Below, one piece after another: positions 7,450 through 15,854 of a stretch of 20,000 bases of DNA. Location: the IMG/VR virus record IMGVR_UViG_3300042894_002899, positions 57,780 through 77,779 of that record; one strand, written 5' to 3'. Each line of letters begins with the position of its first letter. The stretch's first letter is position 1. The position numbers and the translations under genes were made by a program. Source of the DNA: an uncultured virus (IMG/VR IMGVR_UViG_3300042894_002899). Taxonomy: Duplodnaviria > Heunggongvirae > Uroviricota > Caudoviricetes. The notes beneath the pieces were generated by a model. The model ran no database searches and had not been told where the DNA came from. It saw only the letters and a list, made by a program, of their open reading frames with translations.

Positions 7450-8564
7450 AAATTAAGTTAGAATATGTATGGCTTGATGGGTATAAGCCAGAACCAAATC
7501 TTAGAAGTAAGGTAAAAATTGTTGAATATGAGTCAGTTAAAAATGCATTCCTTGACGGACAATTCCCGATGTGGAACTTTGATGGATCATCCACAAATCA
7601 AGCGGTAACAGGAAACTCTGATCGTTTATTGAAACCTGTTAGACATTATGTTTCTGAGATCTTATCCACGGTATATGTGTTGTGTGAAGTATTGAATCCT
7701 GATGGAACACCACACGAATCAAACAAACGATCACAAATTGGTGAAGGGTTTGAGGACTTATGGTTTGGTTTTGAACAAGAATATTTCATTCGTGAGGAAA
7801 TTAATGGTAATGTGTTAGGACACAAGAGACATAACCTATTTCAAGGTGAATACTACTGTGGGGTAGGGCATAATGTTGTTGGTCGTGAGTTTGTTGAGGA
7901 ACACACAGATATGTGTTTAAGACACGGAATTGATATTACTGGAACAAATGCTGAGGTTGCCTTGGGTCAGTGGGAATATCAGGTATTCTCAAAAGGTAAA
8001 CTTAAAGGTGGTGATGACCTTTGGATGACCCGATACTTCCTATTTAAGACAGCGGAAAAATATGGATACCATATTGACATTCACCCTAAACCATTACAAC
8101 ATGGTGAGTGGAATGGATCAGGACTCCACACAAACTTTTCAACGGACACGATGAGACTTGACGGTGGCGAAGAATATTTTATGGCGTTGTTTAATGCATT
8201 TGAATCAAGACATCAAGACCATATCAAGGCTTACGGATCTAACAACAACCTTCGTTTGACTGGTGAATATGAAACTCAATCGATAGATAAGTTCAGTTGG
8301 GGGGTATCAGATCGTGGAGCGTCAATTCGTGTTCCTCAAGAAACGGCAAAAGAATGGAAAGGTTATGTTGAAGATCGTAGACCAGGATCAAATGCCGATC
8401 CATATAAAATAATTAGAGAAATTGTTAAGTCTTTAGATACCACTCAACAGATCTATGAGATGAAAAATATGATGACTTCTTTTGTTGATATGGATGGTCT
8501 TAGTGGTAAATATGGTACTATAACTAACGATGAGTTATTAAGTGAATATAGAGAAGAGGAATAA
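7446..8564 (+). CDS. glnII: Glutamine synthetase, type II
   Basis: EYVWLDG, LRSK, WNFDGSST.QA, WFGFEQEY, YYCGVG, NAEV..GQWEYQ, HPKP...WNGSG.HTNFST, RLTG..ET, DRGASIR, EDRRP.SN.DPY. Confidence 0.95.
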   Translation: MKIKLEYVWLDGYKPEPNLRSKVKIVEYESVKNAFLDGQFPMWNFDGSSTNQAVTGNSDRLLKPVRHYVSEILSTVYVLCEVLNPDGTPHESNKRSQIGEGFEDLWFGFEQEYFIREEINGNVLGHKRHNLFQGEYYCGVGHNVVGREFVEEHTDMCLRHGIDITGTNAEVALGQWEYQVFSKGKLKGGDDLWMTRYFLFKTAEKYGYHIDIHPKPLQHGEWNGSGLHTNFSTDTMRLDGGEEYFMALFNAFESRHQDHIKAYGSNNNLRLTGEYETQSIDKFSWGVSDRGASIRVPQETAKEWKGYVEDRRPGSNADPYKIIREIVKSLDTTQQIYEMKNMMTSFVDMDGLSGKYGTITNDELLSEYREEE

Positions 8565-8842
8565 TGGAACAAGTAAACAACATGCCGGGACATAGGAATC
8601 CACCGCCACCACCTGAAAAAGAACAAGTAAATCACCCCCAACATTACGGAGGACAAAATAACCCATACGAAGCCATCAAAGTGATTGATGCTTGGGAATT
8701 GGGGTTTAGTTTAGGAAACACAGTAAAATATATAAGTCGTGCAGGAAAGAAAGGAAAAGACAAAGAACTTGAGGACCTCAGAAAAGCCCTCTGGTACCTC
8801 CAACACCACATCGAAACCCTTGAAGAAAACAGGTCTCGATAA
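8564..8842 (+). CDS. DUF3310 (SaV-like) phage protein
   Basis: VNHPQHY, EAIKVI, GF.LGN.VKYISRAGKK, EDLRKA.WYL. Confidence 0.88.
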   Translation: MEQVNNMPGHRNPPPPPEKEQVNHPQHYGGQNNPYEAIKVIDAWELGFSLGNTVKYISRAGKKGKDKELEDLRKALWYLQHHIETLEENRSR

Positions 8843-9131
8843 AGAGATCAGTGTCTTAGACGCGATCACTACACCGAATGAATTAATCCGTGAAACCCTC
8901 ATTAACTTTATGTGGGGGTTTCTTGGTAATTCCATTGTTGTGTTTGCGTCAAAAGAACTGGACTTTTTAGTTTTGGTAAACTATATTGTCTATTACATAT
9001 TAATTTCATATATTGTAAACAGGAAGAAATATGAGACTATGTTAGGTAAATTCATAGTTCTTCCAGGTTCCGCGGCAATCGGAGCATTTACAGGGTATAA
9101 GTTGGCTCAAATAATCGCGAATATAATTTAA
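8739..9131 (+). CDS. Small membrane protein (about 3 TM helices); start uncertain
   Basis: Three hydrophobic segments in the C-terminal 80 aa; the N-terminal part overlaps DUF3310. Confidence 0.7.
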   Translation: MQERKEKTKNLRTSEKPSGTSNTTSKPLKKTGLDKEISVLDAITTPNELIRETLINFMWGFLGNSIVVFASKELDFLVLVNYIVYYILISYIVNRKKYETMLGKFIVLPGSAAIGAFTGYKLAQIIANII

Positions 9132-9133
9132 AC

Positions 9134-9286
9134 ATGGGAGAAGAATTTAAACCAGAAGAAAATCAAGGCAGATCAAAAGAACAAGTTGAGAGAACATACA
9201 TGGGGATGCGAATTGTTGCAGGATTCGCAGCCTTACTTATAATAATTTTGTTAACATATTCAATTGTAAAATTTATTGCTGAATGA
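9134..9286 (+). CDS. Small single-pass membrane protein (50 aa); not in ORF track
   Basis: MGEEFKPEENQGRSKEQVERTYMGMRIVAGFAALLIIILLTYSIVKFIAE*; fills the gap, with ATGA overlap at 9283. Confidence 0.75.
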   Translation: MGEEFKPEENQGRSKEQVERTYMGMRIVAGFAALLIIILLTYSIVKFIAE

Positions 9287-9813
9287 GATACTATAAAATT
9301 ACCTTAGGGGGAAAAGGTGCTGAAGTCTACCCCTTCAAAATTAACGACGATCAATACGAGGTCTTTAGAGAAAAGGGTGTTGAACATGATGAGTTAGAAC
9401 ACGATGAAGTTTGTGGAATATTGGATGCCGAAAGTTATTTTGATTGTCCAAACGAAAGTATGTTAGGACCATACTTTAATTCAATGTACGTCAAAGTGGA
9501 AGATGAGGAAGGTAATCTTGTTTATGAAACAGATAAGTTTGATCCAGAAAAATGTGATTTTGAGGAGATCTATTGTGATGAAGACAAATACCTTATCATT
9601 GAAGATTATGTGAAGGGTGATCACGTTGTATATGATATCCCACTTGAAGAAGATTTTGATATTGAAAAATTAAGATTTAAAAGTTTCGACATTGGATGTA
9701 GAGTTGAAATTGTCACAGATATTCTCTATGATGATAAAGAATATAATATCTATAAATCATTCGGAGATATGTCCAGTAAAGGATATTATTTCCATTTAAC
9801 CGCAGGAGTATAA
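9283..9813 (+). CDS. Acidic hypothetical protein (176 aa)
   Basis: ORF in operon. Confidence 0.8.
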   Translation: MRYYKITLGGKGAEVYPFKINDDQYEVFREKGVEHDELEHDEVCGILDAESYFDCPNESMLGPYFNSMYVKVEDEEGNLVYETDKFDPEKCDFEEIYCDEDKYLIIEDYVKGDHVVYDIPLEEDFDIEKLRFKSFDIGCRVEIVTDILYDDKEYNIYKSFGDMSSKGYYFHLTAGV

Positions 9814-9816
9814 ATT

Positions 9817-10032
9817 ATGGAATTAACAGAAAAACAAAAAAATCATATTCAAGAGAAGTATGGTGAATTAAAAAATGACGAACAAACACTTGGAGAATTA
9901 CACGAAATAATTGTTGATAATTGTCTTGATGAATATGTGATTGATCTATCAGACGACGAAGATGGAGATCTCTACGAAGAGTTTTCAAATGAGGTTTGGG
10001 ATTTTTTAGAAAATTTAAATATAGAAAAATAA
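9817..10032 (+). CDS. Acidic hypothetical protein (71 aa)
   Basis: ORF in operon; TAATG overlap with the methyltransferase. Confidence 0.7.
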   Translation: MELTEKQKNHIQEKYGELKNDEQTLGELHEIIVDNCLDEYVIDLSDDEDGDLYEEFSNEVWDFLENLNIEK

Positions 10033-10883
10033 TGATAGAGACAGGGAAGATTATCAACGGAGATTGCGTTGAGGTGATGAAGACATTACCAGAAGGATCG
10101 GTAGATCTAATCGTTACATCACCTCCTTATGGGGTGGGTATTGCGTATGATGTTCACGAAGACGACGTGGAGTTCAATGAGTATAAAGAGTTCGCAAAAA
10201 ATTGGATGTCGGAGGCATATAGATTACTAAAGGACGATGGACGAATTGCGTTGAATATTCCTTATGAGATTAATCGTCAGAAAAAAGGTGGTCGTATATT
10301 CTTTGTTGCTGAGATGTGGAGAATCATGCAAGAGATTGGTTATGGGTTCTTTGGGATTGTTGATTTGGAAGAACAATCACCACATAGAAGTAAGACAACA
10401 GCTTGGGGTTCTTGGATGAGTCCGTCAAGTCCATACATCTACAACCCAAAAGAATGTGTTATTTTGGCATACAAAAAACACCACATTAAAAAGGTCAAAG
10501 GTCAACCTGAGTGGACTGGAGAATTAACTGAAATTGAAAATGAAGATGGTACGAAAAGAAATAAAATGGTATACAGTGAGAATAATAAAAAAGAGTTTAT
10601 GGAACTTGTTTTTGGTCAGTGGAATTATTTCGCTGACACTAAATCTCTCACCAAGGCTACCTTCTCGATGGACATACCAACAAAGGCGATCAAGATATTA
10701 TCCTACAAGAACGATGTTGTATTAGATCCATTTGCAGGGTCAGGAACTAGTTTAGTTGCTGCTGAGATATTAGACCGTAGATGGTTAGGTATTGAGTTAT
10801 CACCAAACTACGCGGATATTGCAAGAGGCAGAGTTCAAGCGTTTGCGGATGAAAAACATAAGGTTAAGGTTGAAGATCAATAA
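10032..10883 (+). CDS. Orphan beta-class DNA methyltransferase (N4-C/N6-A family; SPPY suggests m4C)
   Basis: GDC, DLIVTSPPY catalytic motif before the VLDPFAGSGT SAM-binding motif, GIELS. Confidence 0.92.
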   Translation: MIETGKIINGDCVEVMKTLPEGSVDLIVTSPPYGVGIAYDVHEDDVEFNEYKEFAKNWMSEAYRLLKDDGRIALNIPYEINRQKKGGRIFFVAEMWRIMQEIGYGFFGIVDLEEQSPHRSKTTAWGSWMSPSSPYIYNPKECVILAYKKHHIKKVKGQPEWTGELTEIENEDGTKRNKMVYSENNKKEFMELVFGQWNYFADTKSLTKATFSMDIPTKAIKILSYKNDVVLDPFAGSGTSLVAAEILDRRWLGIELSPNYADIARGRVQAFADEKHKVKVEDQ

Positions 10884-11211
10884 GATCACCTTCTTTGATA
10901 TCGTATTTTTTACAATCGCCACCAGGTAATTCTAAAACAATATCACCATTACCTTTGTAAGTCTCACAATCTTCAGCATGACATGGTTTACAATTATGAT
11001 GTATCTTGGTGATTTGGTTACCATCAATAAAAATAATGTCTAAATGGACTATACAATTTTTCATCCAAAATGAGTGTGGTCCATTTTCCATTAAAAATAA
11101 CATACCATCAAAAGTTCCATCAAACTTTTTACCCATCATTCCATTTTGTATATCCTTAGATGTTAATACAGGTTTAACATTAAAAAGGTTATCATTTATT
11201 TTTACATCCAT
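10864..11211 (-). CDS. DUF192-family protein
   Basis: GMLF, FWMKN...LDIIFID, VLELPGG, I.EGD. Confidence 0.88.
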   Translation of the reverse strand: MDVKINDNLFNVKPVLTSKDIQNGMMGKKFDGTFDGMLFLMENGPHSFWMKNCIVHLDIIFIDGNQITKIHHNCKPCHAEDCETYKGNGDIVLELPGGDCKKYDIKEGDLIDLQP

Positions 11212-11223
11212 ATTTATAAATAT
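11210..11223. promoter_or_regulatory. Palindromic double ATATTTAT motif between divergent genes
   Basis: ATATTTATAAATAT is a perfect 14 bp palindrome covering most of the intergenic gap. Confidence 0.65.
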
Positions 11224-11225
11224 CT

Positions 11226-11642
11226 ATGAAGAAGTTTAGAAGAAGTGCTGGTGTTATTATTAAACATGGTGATGAGGTTTTACTTTGTAAACGATCACCA
11301 AAAGAGTCTTTACCTAACCATTGGTCAATACCGGGTGGTGGTATTGAAAATGGTGAATCACCAGGTCAAGCGGCAATCAGAGAAGTTCATGAAGAAACAA
11401 ATATTGAACTTACCACAGATCTTGATTTGGTTGGTATAATTGATACTAAAAATGAAGATGGTTTAAAAACGGGGATGATGTTCGTTTTTTTACAAGAAAC
11501 AAAAGATAAAAAAAGTGCTGACTTGGAAACCGCAACCCACGGTAAAGAACACACGTCTTGTAAATATTTTAATAGAGAAGACATACCAAAACAAAAGAAC
11601 ACAAAAGAATTATATGATATTTTGAAAAAAGTCCTCAAATAG
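11226..11642 (+). CDS. NUDIX hydrolase
   Basis: Nudix box GGIENGESPGQAAIREVHEETNI. Confidence 0.92.
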   Translation: MKKFRRSAGVIIKHGDEVLLCKRSPKESLPNHWSIPGGGIENGESPGQAAIREVHEETNIELTTDLDLVGIIDTKNEDGLKTGMMFVFLQETKDKKSADLETATHGKEHTSCKYFNREDIPKQKNTKELYDILKKVLK

Positions 11643-11665
11643 TTTTTTGGAGTCAAAAGATTTAC

Positions 11666-11673
11666 TATCTTTG
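11666..11673 (+). promoter_or_regulatory. Bacteroidota-type -7 promoter box
   Basis: TATCTTTG in the intergenic gap; TTTG at 11646-11649 gives a short 16 nt spacer. Confidence 0.6.
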
Positions 11674-11689
11674 TAGAAATAAATCACAG

Positions 11690-11965
11690 ATGATCAAGAC
11701 AACCTTCAACCACACCATTAGAATTATGAATGAGAAATTCGGTAACTTACTTACCGAGTCTTTTGTTGACCCAATCCAATTCAAGATCTTCTTGAAAATG
11801 GTTGACGGAGCTTTGAACGTTGGTGAGGACCTTTCTTACTTCGATGGTAATACCTTCTTGGTACACATTCCACATAAGATATTGAAAGAGTCTGTGGTCT
11901 TGACGAATGTCAGTGAGATTAGTGTTAGTGAACAAGTTAGAAACAAAATTGAAAGTTTAGTATGA
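11690..11965 (+). CDS. Hypothetical protein (91 aa)
   Basis: ORF after a promoter motif. Confidence 0.78.
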   Translation: MIKTTFNHTIRIMNEKFGNLLTESFVDPIQFKIFLKMVDGALNVGEDLSYFDGNTFLVHIPHKILKESVVLTNVSEISVSEQVRNKIESLV

Positions 11966-12399
11966 TGAAAGTATTTGTAAGTATTTTGATGAGTGTTCTT
12001 TTTTTGAGTTCTTGTGTAAAACAAGAGCCTAAACCACAACAACCAAATCCCTCAACACCGATAATTACCAATCCCACGTTGGTTGATAGTACACTATCCT
12101 TAGCGGGACAGACTTGGGTAATCACTAAAGTGTTAAACACTGACATGGTCTACGAGAACCGATCAGATACTTTAGTTTTCGTTGATTCCGACGACTACAA
12201 GTTCAATGGGTACCCAAGCAAGTATAACTTGGGTGTGACACCAACAACATATAAATTGAGTTTGTATGATACGGCTTGGGGTAATATTGGTGGAAGTTTA
12301 TTTAATTATAATATTGTTTCAGGAAAGGTTGACGGGTTAGATTTTTATGATATATTTAACTCAAGTCGAAAGGTTAAACTTTGGATTACAAAAATTTAG
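11962..12399 (+). CDS. Putative lipoprotein, possibly a lipocalin-like beta-barrel
   Basis: Signal peptide with FLSSC lipobox, Pro-rich linker, LAGQTWVITKV strand. Confidence 0.75.
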   Translation: MMKVFVSILMSVLFLSSCVKQEPKPQQPNPSTPIITNPTLVDSTLSLAGQTWVITKVLNTDMVYENRSDTLVFVDSDDYKFNGYPSKYNLGVTPTTYKLSLYDTAWGNIGGSLFNYNIVSGKVDGLDFYDIFNSSRKVKLWITKI

Positions 12400-12461
12400 T
12401 TTCTTTGTTCTATCAAAACAAAGTGGTGGAGTAGACGACATTCAATGTCGGGCCTAAAATT

Positions 12462-12488
12462 AAGGTGAGAGTTTTCTCACCTTTTTTT
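12462..12488 (+). terminator. Rho-independent terminator
   Basis: aaggtgaga-gttt-tctcacctt plus T run. Confidence 0.88.
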
Positions 12489-12497
12489 ATTTTTGAC

Positions 12498-12505
12498 ATA
12501 TTTAT
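12498..12505 (+). promoter_or_regulatory. ATATTTAT putative phage late promoter
   Basis: Motif between the terminator and the ATG at 12521. Confidence 0.6.
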
Positions 12506-12520
12506 TAAGAAAAATATAAT

Positions 12521-13486
12521 ATGAAAAATAAATTTGTATTAACTGAAGAAGAATCTAAAAGGATTCTTTCACTACATAAGAAAAAAATTAATGAAGAAAG
12601 ACAAGAGGTAGATGAACTCGATACAGATCTTGGTGGTTGGACCGCTGCGGGTGCTGGTGGAGGTGCCGCTGCTGGTGCAGGAGTAGGGTTTATGGTTGGT
12701 GGACCTGCCGGTGCTGCGATTGGTGCTGTGATAGGTGCTGTTGGTGGTAGTATTGTTGGTTATGTTGCGAACGCAGATGGAAATCCTCAACAAATTGTTA
12801 AGAAAACACTTGTAAAATGTCGTACCGATAAGAAAATGTTTACAAAACCAACAAAATCAAAGGCAAGATTACAAGCGATTGCTGGTGATATTAGAAAAGC
12901 ACTTTCAGGGTGGGGATGGACAAATTTAGAGGACCTACAACGAGCGATTTCTAGTTGTGATACACTTGTGGATTTTTGTAATGTTTCATACATATATTAC
13001 AACATTAATGGTGAAACATTATTTACCGCTTTAGACGGTGATTTAGATGCGAATGAAGAGTGGACAAAATATGTTTTAGTACCATTAAAAAGATTAGCTA
13101 AAAATACTAAAGTAATACCACCAACACCGGTAAAAACTGATTGTAAAGATATTATTAAAAGTTTCACTGATGATGGGTATACACAAATTACTCTTGAGAG
13201 ATATCGTGAATTAGAAGGTGACAAAACTAGAATTAGAAAATACAAATATTGTCCGGCAACTAATAAAAATTTACATTTCGCAAAACTTACAGGAACTCAA
13301 ACAGGACCACCTAAACCAACACCTATTGTTACTGGTGGTGGAGGCGGTGATAACAACAACAACAATAACAATACCAACCAACAAGATGTACCTCAAGATG
13401 TTGACGTTATTAATCCATTTGGACAAGGTGGTGAACAAGAAGTACAAAGAATTACTGTAGATGATAAAATTTATTCTGAATTGTAA
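12521..13486 (+). CDS. Putative virion-associated protein with glycine zipper and annexin-like repeat
   Basis: GAGGGAAAGAGVG...GAAIGAVIGAVGG zipper; IAGDIRKALSGWGWTN...Y....GETLFTALDGD. Confidence 0.7.
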   Translation: MKNKFVLTEEESKRILSLHKKKINEERQEVDELDTDLGGWTAAGAGGGAAAGAGVGFMVGGPAGAAIGAVIGAVGGSIVGYVANADGNPQQIVKKTLVKCRTDKKMFTKPTKSKARLQAIAGDIRKALSGWGWTNLEDLQRAISSCDTLVDFCNVSYIYYNINGETLFTALDGDLDANEEWTKYVLVPLKRLAKNTKVIPPTPVKTDCKDIIKSFTDDGYTQITLERYRELEGDKTRIRKYKYCPATNKNLHFAKLTGTQTGPPKPTPIVTGGGGGDNNNNNNNTNQQDVPQDVDVINPFGQGGEQEVQRITVDDKIYSEL

Positions 13487-13489
13487 TAA

Positions 13490-14473
13490 ATGATGCGAAA
13501 GTTAAATTTGATAGAAGGGGAAACCCAAAGAATATTGTCACTACATAAATCGGCAGTATTAAAAGAGAGTAGAAACTTAATCAATGAAGAGTCTTATAAA
13601 CTAACTTTAATAAAAAGAGACGGATATAATTCTGGAGTCCTTAAAAAAAACCTTAATACTAGTTCCTTCAAGGTTACGCAAAGTAATAAATATTATGTTG
13701 AAGGTGAAGTTAAAGTAAAAGAAGGGGGTGGTAGTAATTTTAGATTTGATTGTAAACGACCTCAAATAATGACCTTAACAACTGATCAAGTTAATGGTTC
13801 GGAATATGAGGTGAATGACAAACTCACAAGTGTTATAAAATGGTATTGTGCTGGAAAACCAAGTAAGAATAACGCAGGTGGAGGAAAAGGAACATCTGAT
13901 AACAACACCCCAAACAGTACTAAATATACTTTAGGAAGTGAACATAAGTTGTATGCTAGTAACAACAAAGCGGTTTTGAAGGTGTTGAAACAATCAACGA
14001 TGAACTTTTATCCTGAAAAAAACGGCGCAACACTGAAGGCTACGTTCTTGAGTGATAATAAAACTGATTTAAATGTTTGGTATAATTGCGGAACTGGTAA
14101 ATTTTCAGCAAAAAACATATTACCTGTAATTGATCCCACAACAAATCAAACCATACCTGCTGGTCAGAAAACATTCACTTATTATACCGACAAACCATTC
14201 AGAGAGTTCCTACAGAAAAAATGTGAAATATTGAAAAAAGGATCGAAAACAGAAACATCACCTGATGGTACTGATTCAGAAAGTTCTGATGGCACTGTTT
14301 ATACCGGTGGTGGAGGTGGTAATGGGCAAACATACCCATTTGACTACCAAACCGTAGCGAATGCAATCCAACAGAAGTTCCCTGATGATGATGTGGTAAA
14401 TCCATTTGGTCAGGGTAATGAAGCAGAAACCCAATTAGTTAATGTAACTGCCGATATGTATAGTGGATTATAA
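13490..14473 (+). CDS. Paralogue of the preceding gene (shared N- and C-termini, different middle)
   Basis: RILSLHK...INEE, TGGGGG and NPFGQG...YS.L are shared. Confidence 0.8.
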   Translation: MMRKLNLIEGETQRILSLHKSAVLKESRNLINEESYKLTLIKRDGYNSGVLKKNLNTSSFKVTQSNKYYVEGEVKVKEGGGSNFRFDCKRPQIMTLTTDQVNGSEYEVNDKLTSVIKWYCAGKPSKNNAGGGKGTSDNNTPNSTKYTLGSEHKLYASNNKAVLKVLKQSTMNFYPEKNGATLKATFLSDNKTDLNVWYNCGTGKFSAKNILPVIDPTTNQTIPAGQKTFTYYTDKPFREFLQKKCEILKKGSKTETSPDGTDSESSDGTVYTGGGGGNGQTYPFDYQTVANAIQQKFPDDDVVNPFGQGNEAETQLVNVTADMYSGL

Positions 14474-14492
14474 AATTTTAAAAAACAAAAAA

Positions 14493-14702
14493 ATGAAAAA
14501 AATACAGATAACTGAAGACCAATATAGAAAGATAAAAGATTATATGATTGAAAGTGCGATCTTGAATGAACAAAGTAAACAAGAGGTTACGGACATCCAA
14601 AACAGATTGAACAAACACTTTAATGCCGGGCTTAAGGTTGATGGTATATCCGGCCCAAAAACAATACAGGCGATTAAACAACATTTAGGTCTTGATGTAT
14701 AA
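14493..14702 (+). CDS. Small peptidoglycan-binding-domain protein (PG_binding_1-like)
   Basis: VTDIQNRLN...LKVDGISGPKTIQAIKQ; ATG at 14493 preferred over GTG at 14463. Confidence 0.8.
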   Translation: MKKIQITEDQYRKIKDYMIESAILNEQSKQEVTDIQNRLNKHFNAGLKVDGISGPKTIQAIKQHLGLDV

Positions 14703-14723
14703 TCAAATTGAAAAAAAAAACAT

Positions 14724-14748
14724 AAGGGAGAATTATCTCCCTTTTTTT
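14724..14748 (+). terminator. Rho-independent terminator
   Basis: aagggaga-atta-tctccctt plus T run. Confidence 0.88.
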
Positions 14749-14764
14749 ATGCCGTTTTTTTTCT

Positions 14765-14772
14765 TACCTTTG
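14765..14772 (+). promoter_or_regulatory. Bacteroidota-type -7 promoter box
   Basis: TACCTTTG, 4 nt before the ATG at 14777. Confidence 0.6.
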
Positions 14773-14776
14773 TGGT

Positions 14777-15175
14777 ATGAAAACATTATACATAGTTCGT
14801 GGTATACCTGGTAGTGGTAAATCAACATTCGCAAAATCTTTAGGTGGAACACATTTTGAGGCCGACATGTTTTTTATGAAAGACGGCGAGTACAAATATG
14901 ATATGTTTAAAATCAAAGAAGCTCATAAGTGGTGTCAAGATAGTGTGAACACTGCGATGATCATGAACAACACTGCGGGTCTGAATGAGACTATTGTTGT
15001 GTCAAACACATTCACACAGGAGTGGGAAATGGAACCATACTTCAAAATGGCAGAACTAAACGAGTACAGAGTATTTTCAATCATAGTGGAAAATAGACAC
15101 GGTGGAGTGAATGAACACAATGTTCCTGAAGAAGTATTAACTAAAATGCGTGAGCGTTTTGAAATAAAATTATGA
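14777..15175 (+). CDS. P-loop kinase (AAA_33 / polynucleotide-kinase-like)
   Basis: IVRGIPGSGKSTFA Walker A, EAD.FF, VVSNTF, HNVP. Confidence 0.88.
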   Translation: MKTLYIVRGIPGSGKSTFAKSLGGTHFEADMFFMKDGEYKYDMFKIKEAHKWCQDSVNTAMIMNNTAGLNETIVVSNTFTQEWEMEPYFKMAELNEYRVFSIIVENRHGGVNEHNVPEEVLTKMRERFEIKL

Positions 15176-15828
15176 TGAAATTTGATAAATTAATGACAAG
15201 TGGTATTGTGTGGATCACATCTGATACTCACTACCATCACAAAAATATTTGTCGTGGAGTTACAAACTGGCGTACACAAGACGGTAAAATACCGGTAAGT
15301 TCAACACGAGATTTCCAAGACCTTGATGAAATGGATGCTGCGATCATAAACAACATCAACTCAAAGGTTGGTCAGGACGATACCTTAATTCACTTGGGTG
15401 ATGTTGCTTTTGGTGGGTTTGATAAATTAGAGCAGTTTTTAGATCGTTTGATCTGTAAAAACATCTACTTGGTTTTAGGTAACCATGATCACCACATTAA
15501 AAATGACAGATCATTTATTAAAGACCGATTCATGTCAGTCCAAAATTATTTGGAGGTAAACATAGATGATGAAAACTTTGTCTTATGTCATTACCCATTA
15601 CAGAGTTGGCATGGTCTTAATAAAGGTGTCATCCATCTTCACGGACATGTTCACTTATCCGCTCAGAATAAGTGGGGTAATGGAAAACGATTAGATGTTG
15701 GTATGGATGGTAATAATATGCAACCATATAAAATTACGGAGATTGTTCATATGATGGATCGTCGTGAGATTGGTTCAGATATGAGTAATGATCACCACAT
15801 GGATGATTTAGTTGGGGTTGTAGGTTAA
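15172..15828 (+). CDS. Calcineurin-like metallophosphoesterase
   Basis: SDTH, HLGD, GNHD, CHYP, HGHVH, DVG.D. Confidence 0.92.
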   Translation: MMKFDKLMTSGIVWITSDTHYHHKNICRGVTNWRTQDGKIPVSSTRDFQDLDEMDAAIINNINSKVGQDDTLIHLGDVAFGGFDKLEQFLDRLICKNIYLVLGNHDHHIKNDRSFIKDRFMSVQNYLEVNIDDENFVLCHYPLQSWHGLNKGVIHLHGHVHLSAQNKWGNGKRLDVGMDGNNMQPYKITEIVHMMDRREIGSDMSNDHHMDDLVGVVG

Positions 15829-15842
15829 ATTACAACTCCAAC

Positions 15843-15850
15843 ATATTTAT
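15843..15850 (+). promoter_or_regulatory. ATATTTAT putative phage late promoter
   Basis: Motif 4 nt before the ATG at 15855, right after a hairpin. Confidence 0.6.
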
Positions 15851-15854
15851 TAGT

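Noticed and set aside
9817..10032. Small acidic protein as an Ocr-like DNA mimic next to the methyltransferase
   Set aside because: Many proteins here are acidic; composition alone does not support the claim
13331..13385. ggt and aac trinucleotide runs as a contingency repeat or DGR template
   Set aside because: In-frame Gly/Asn linker; no reverse transcriptase or adenine-variant repeat pair seen
14711..14720. Poly-A run as a phase-variation site
   Set aside because: Intergenic, beside a terminator, and unremarkable in an AT-rich genome
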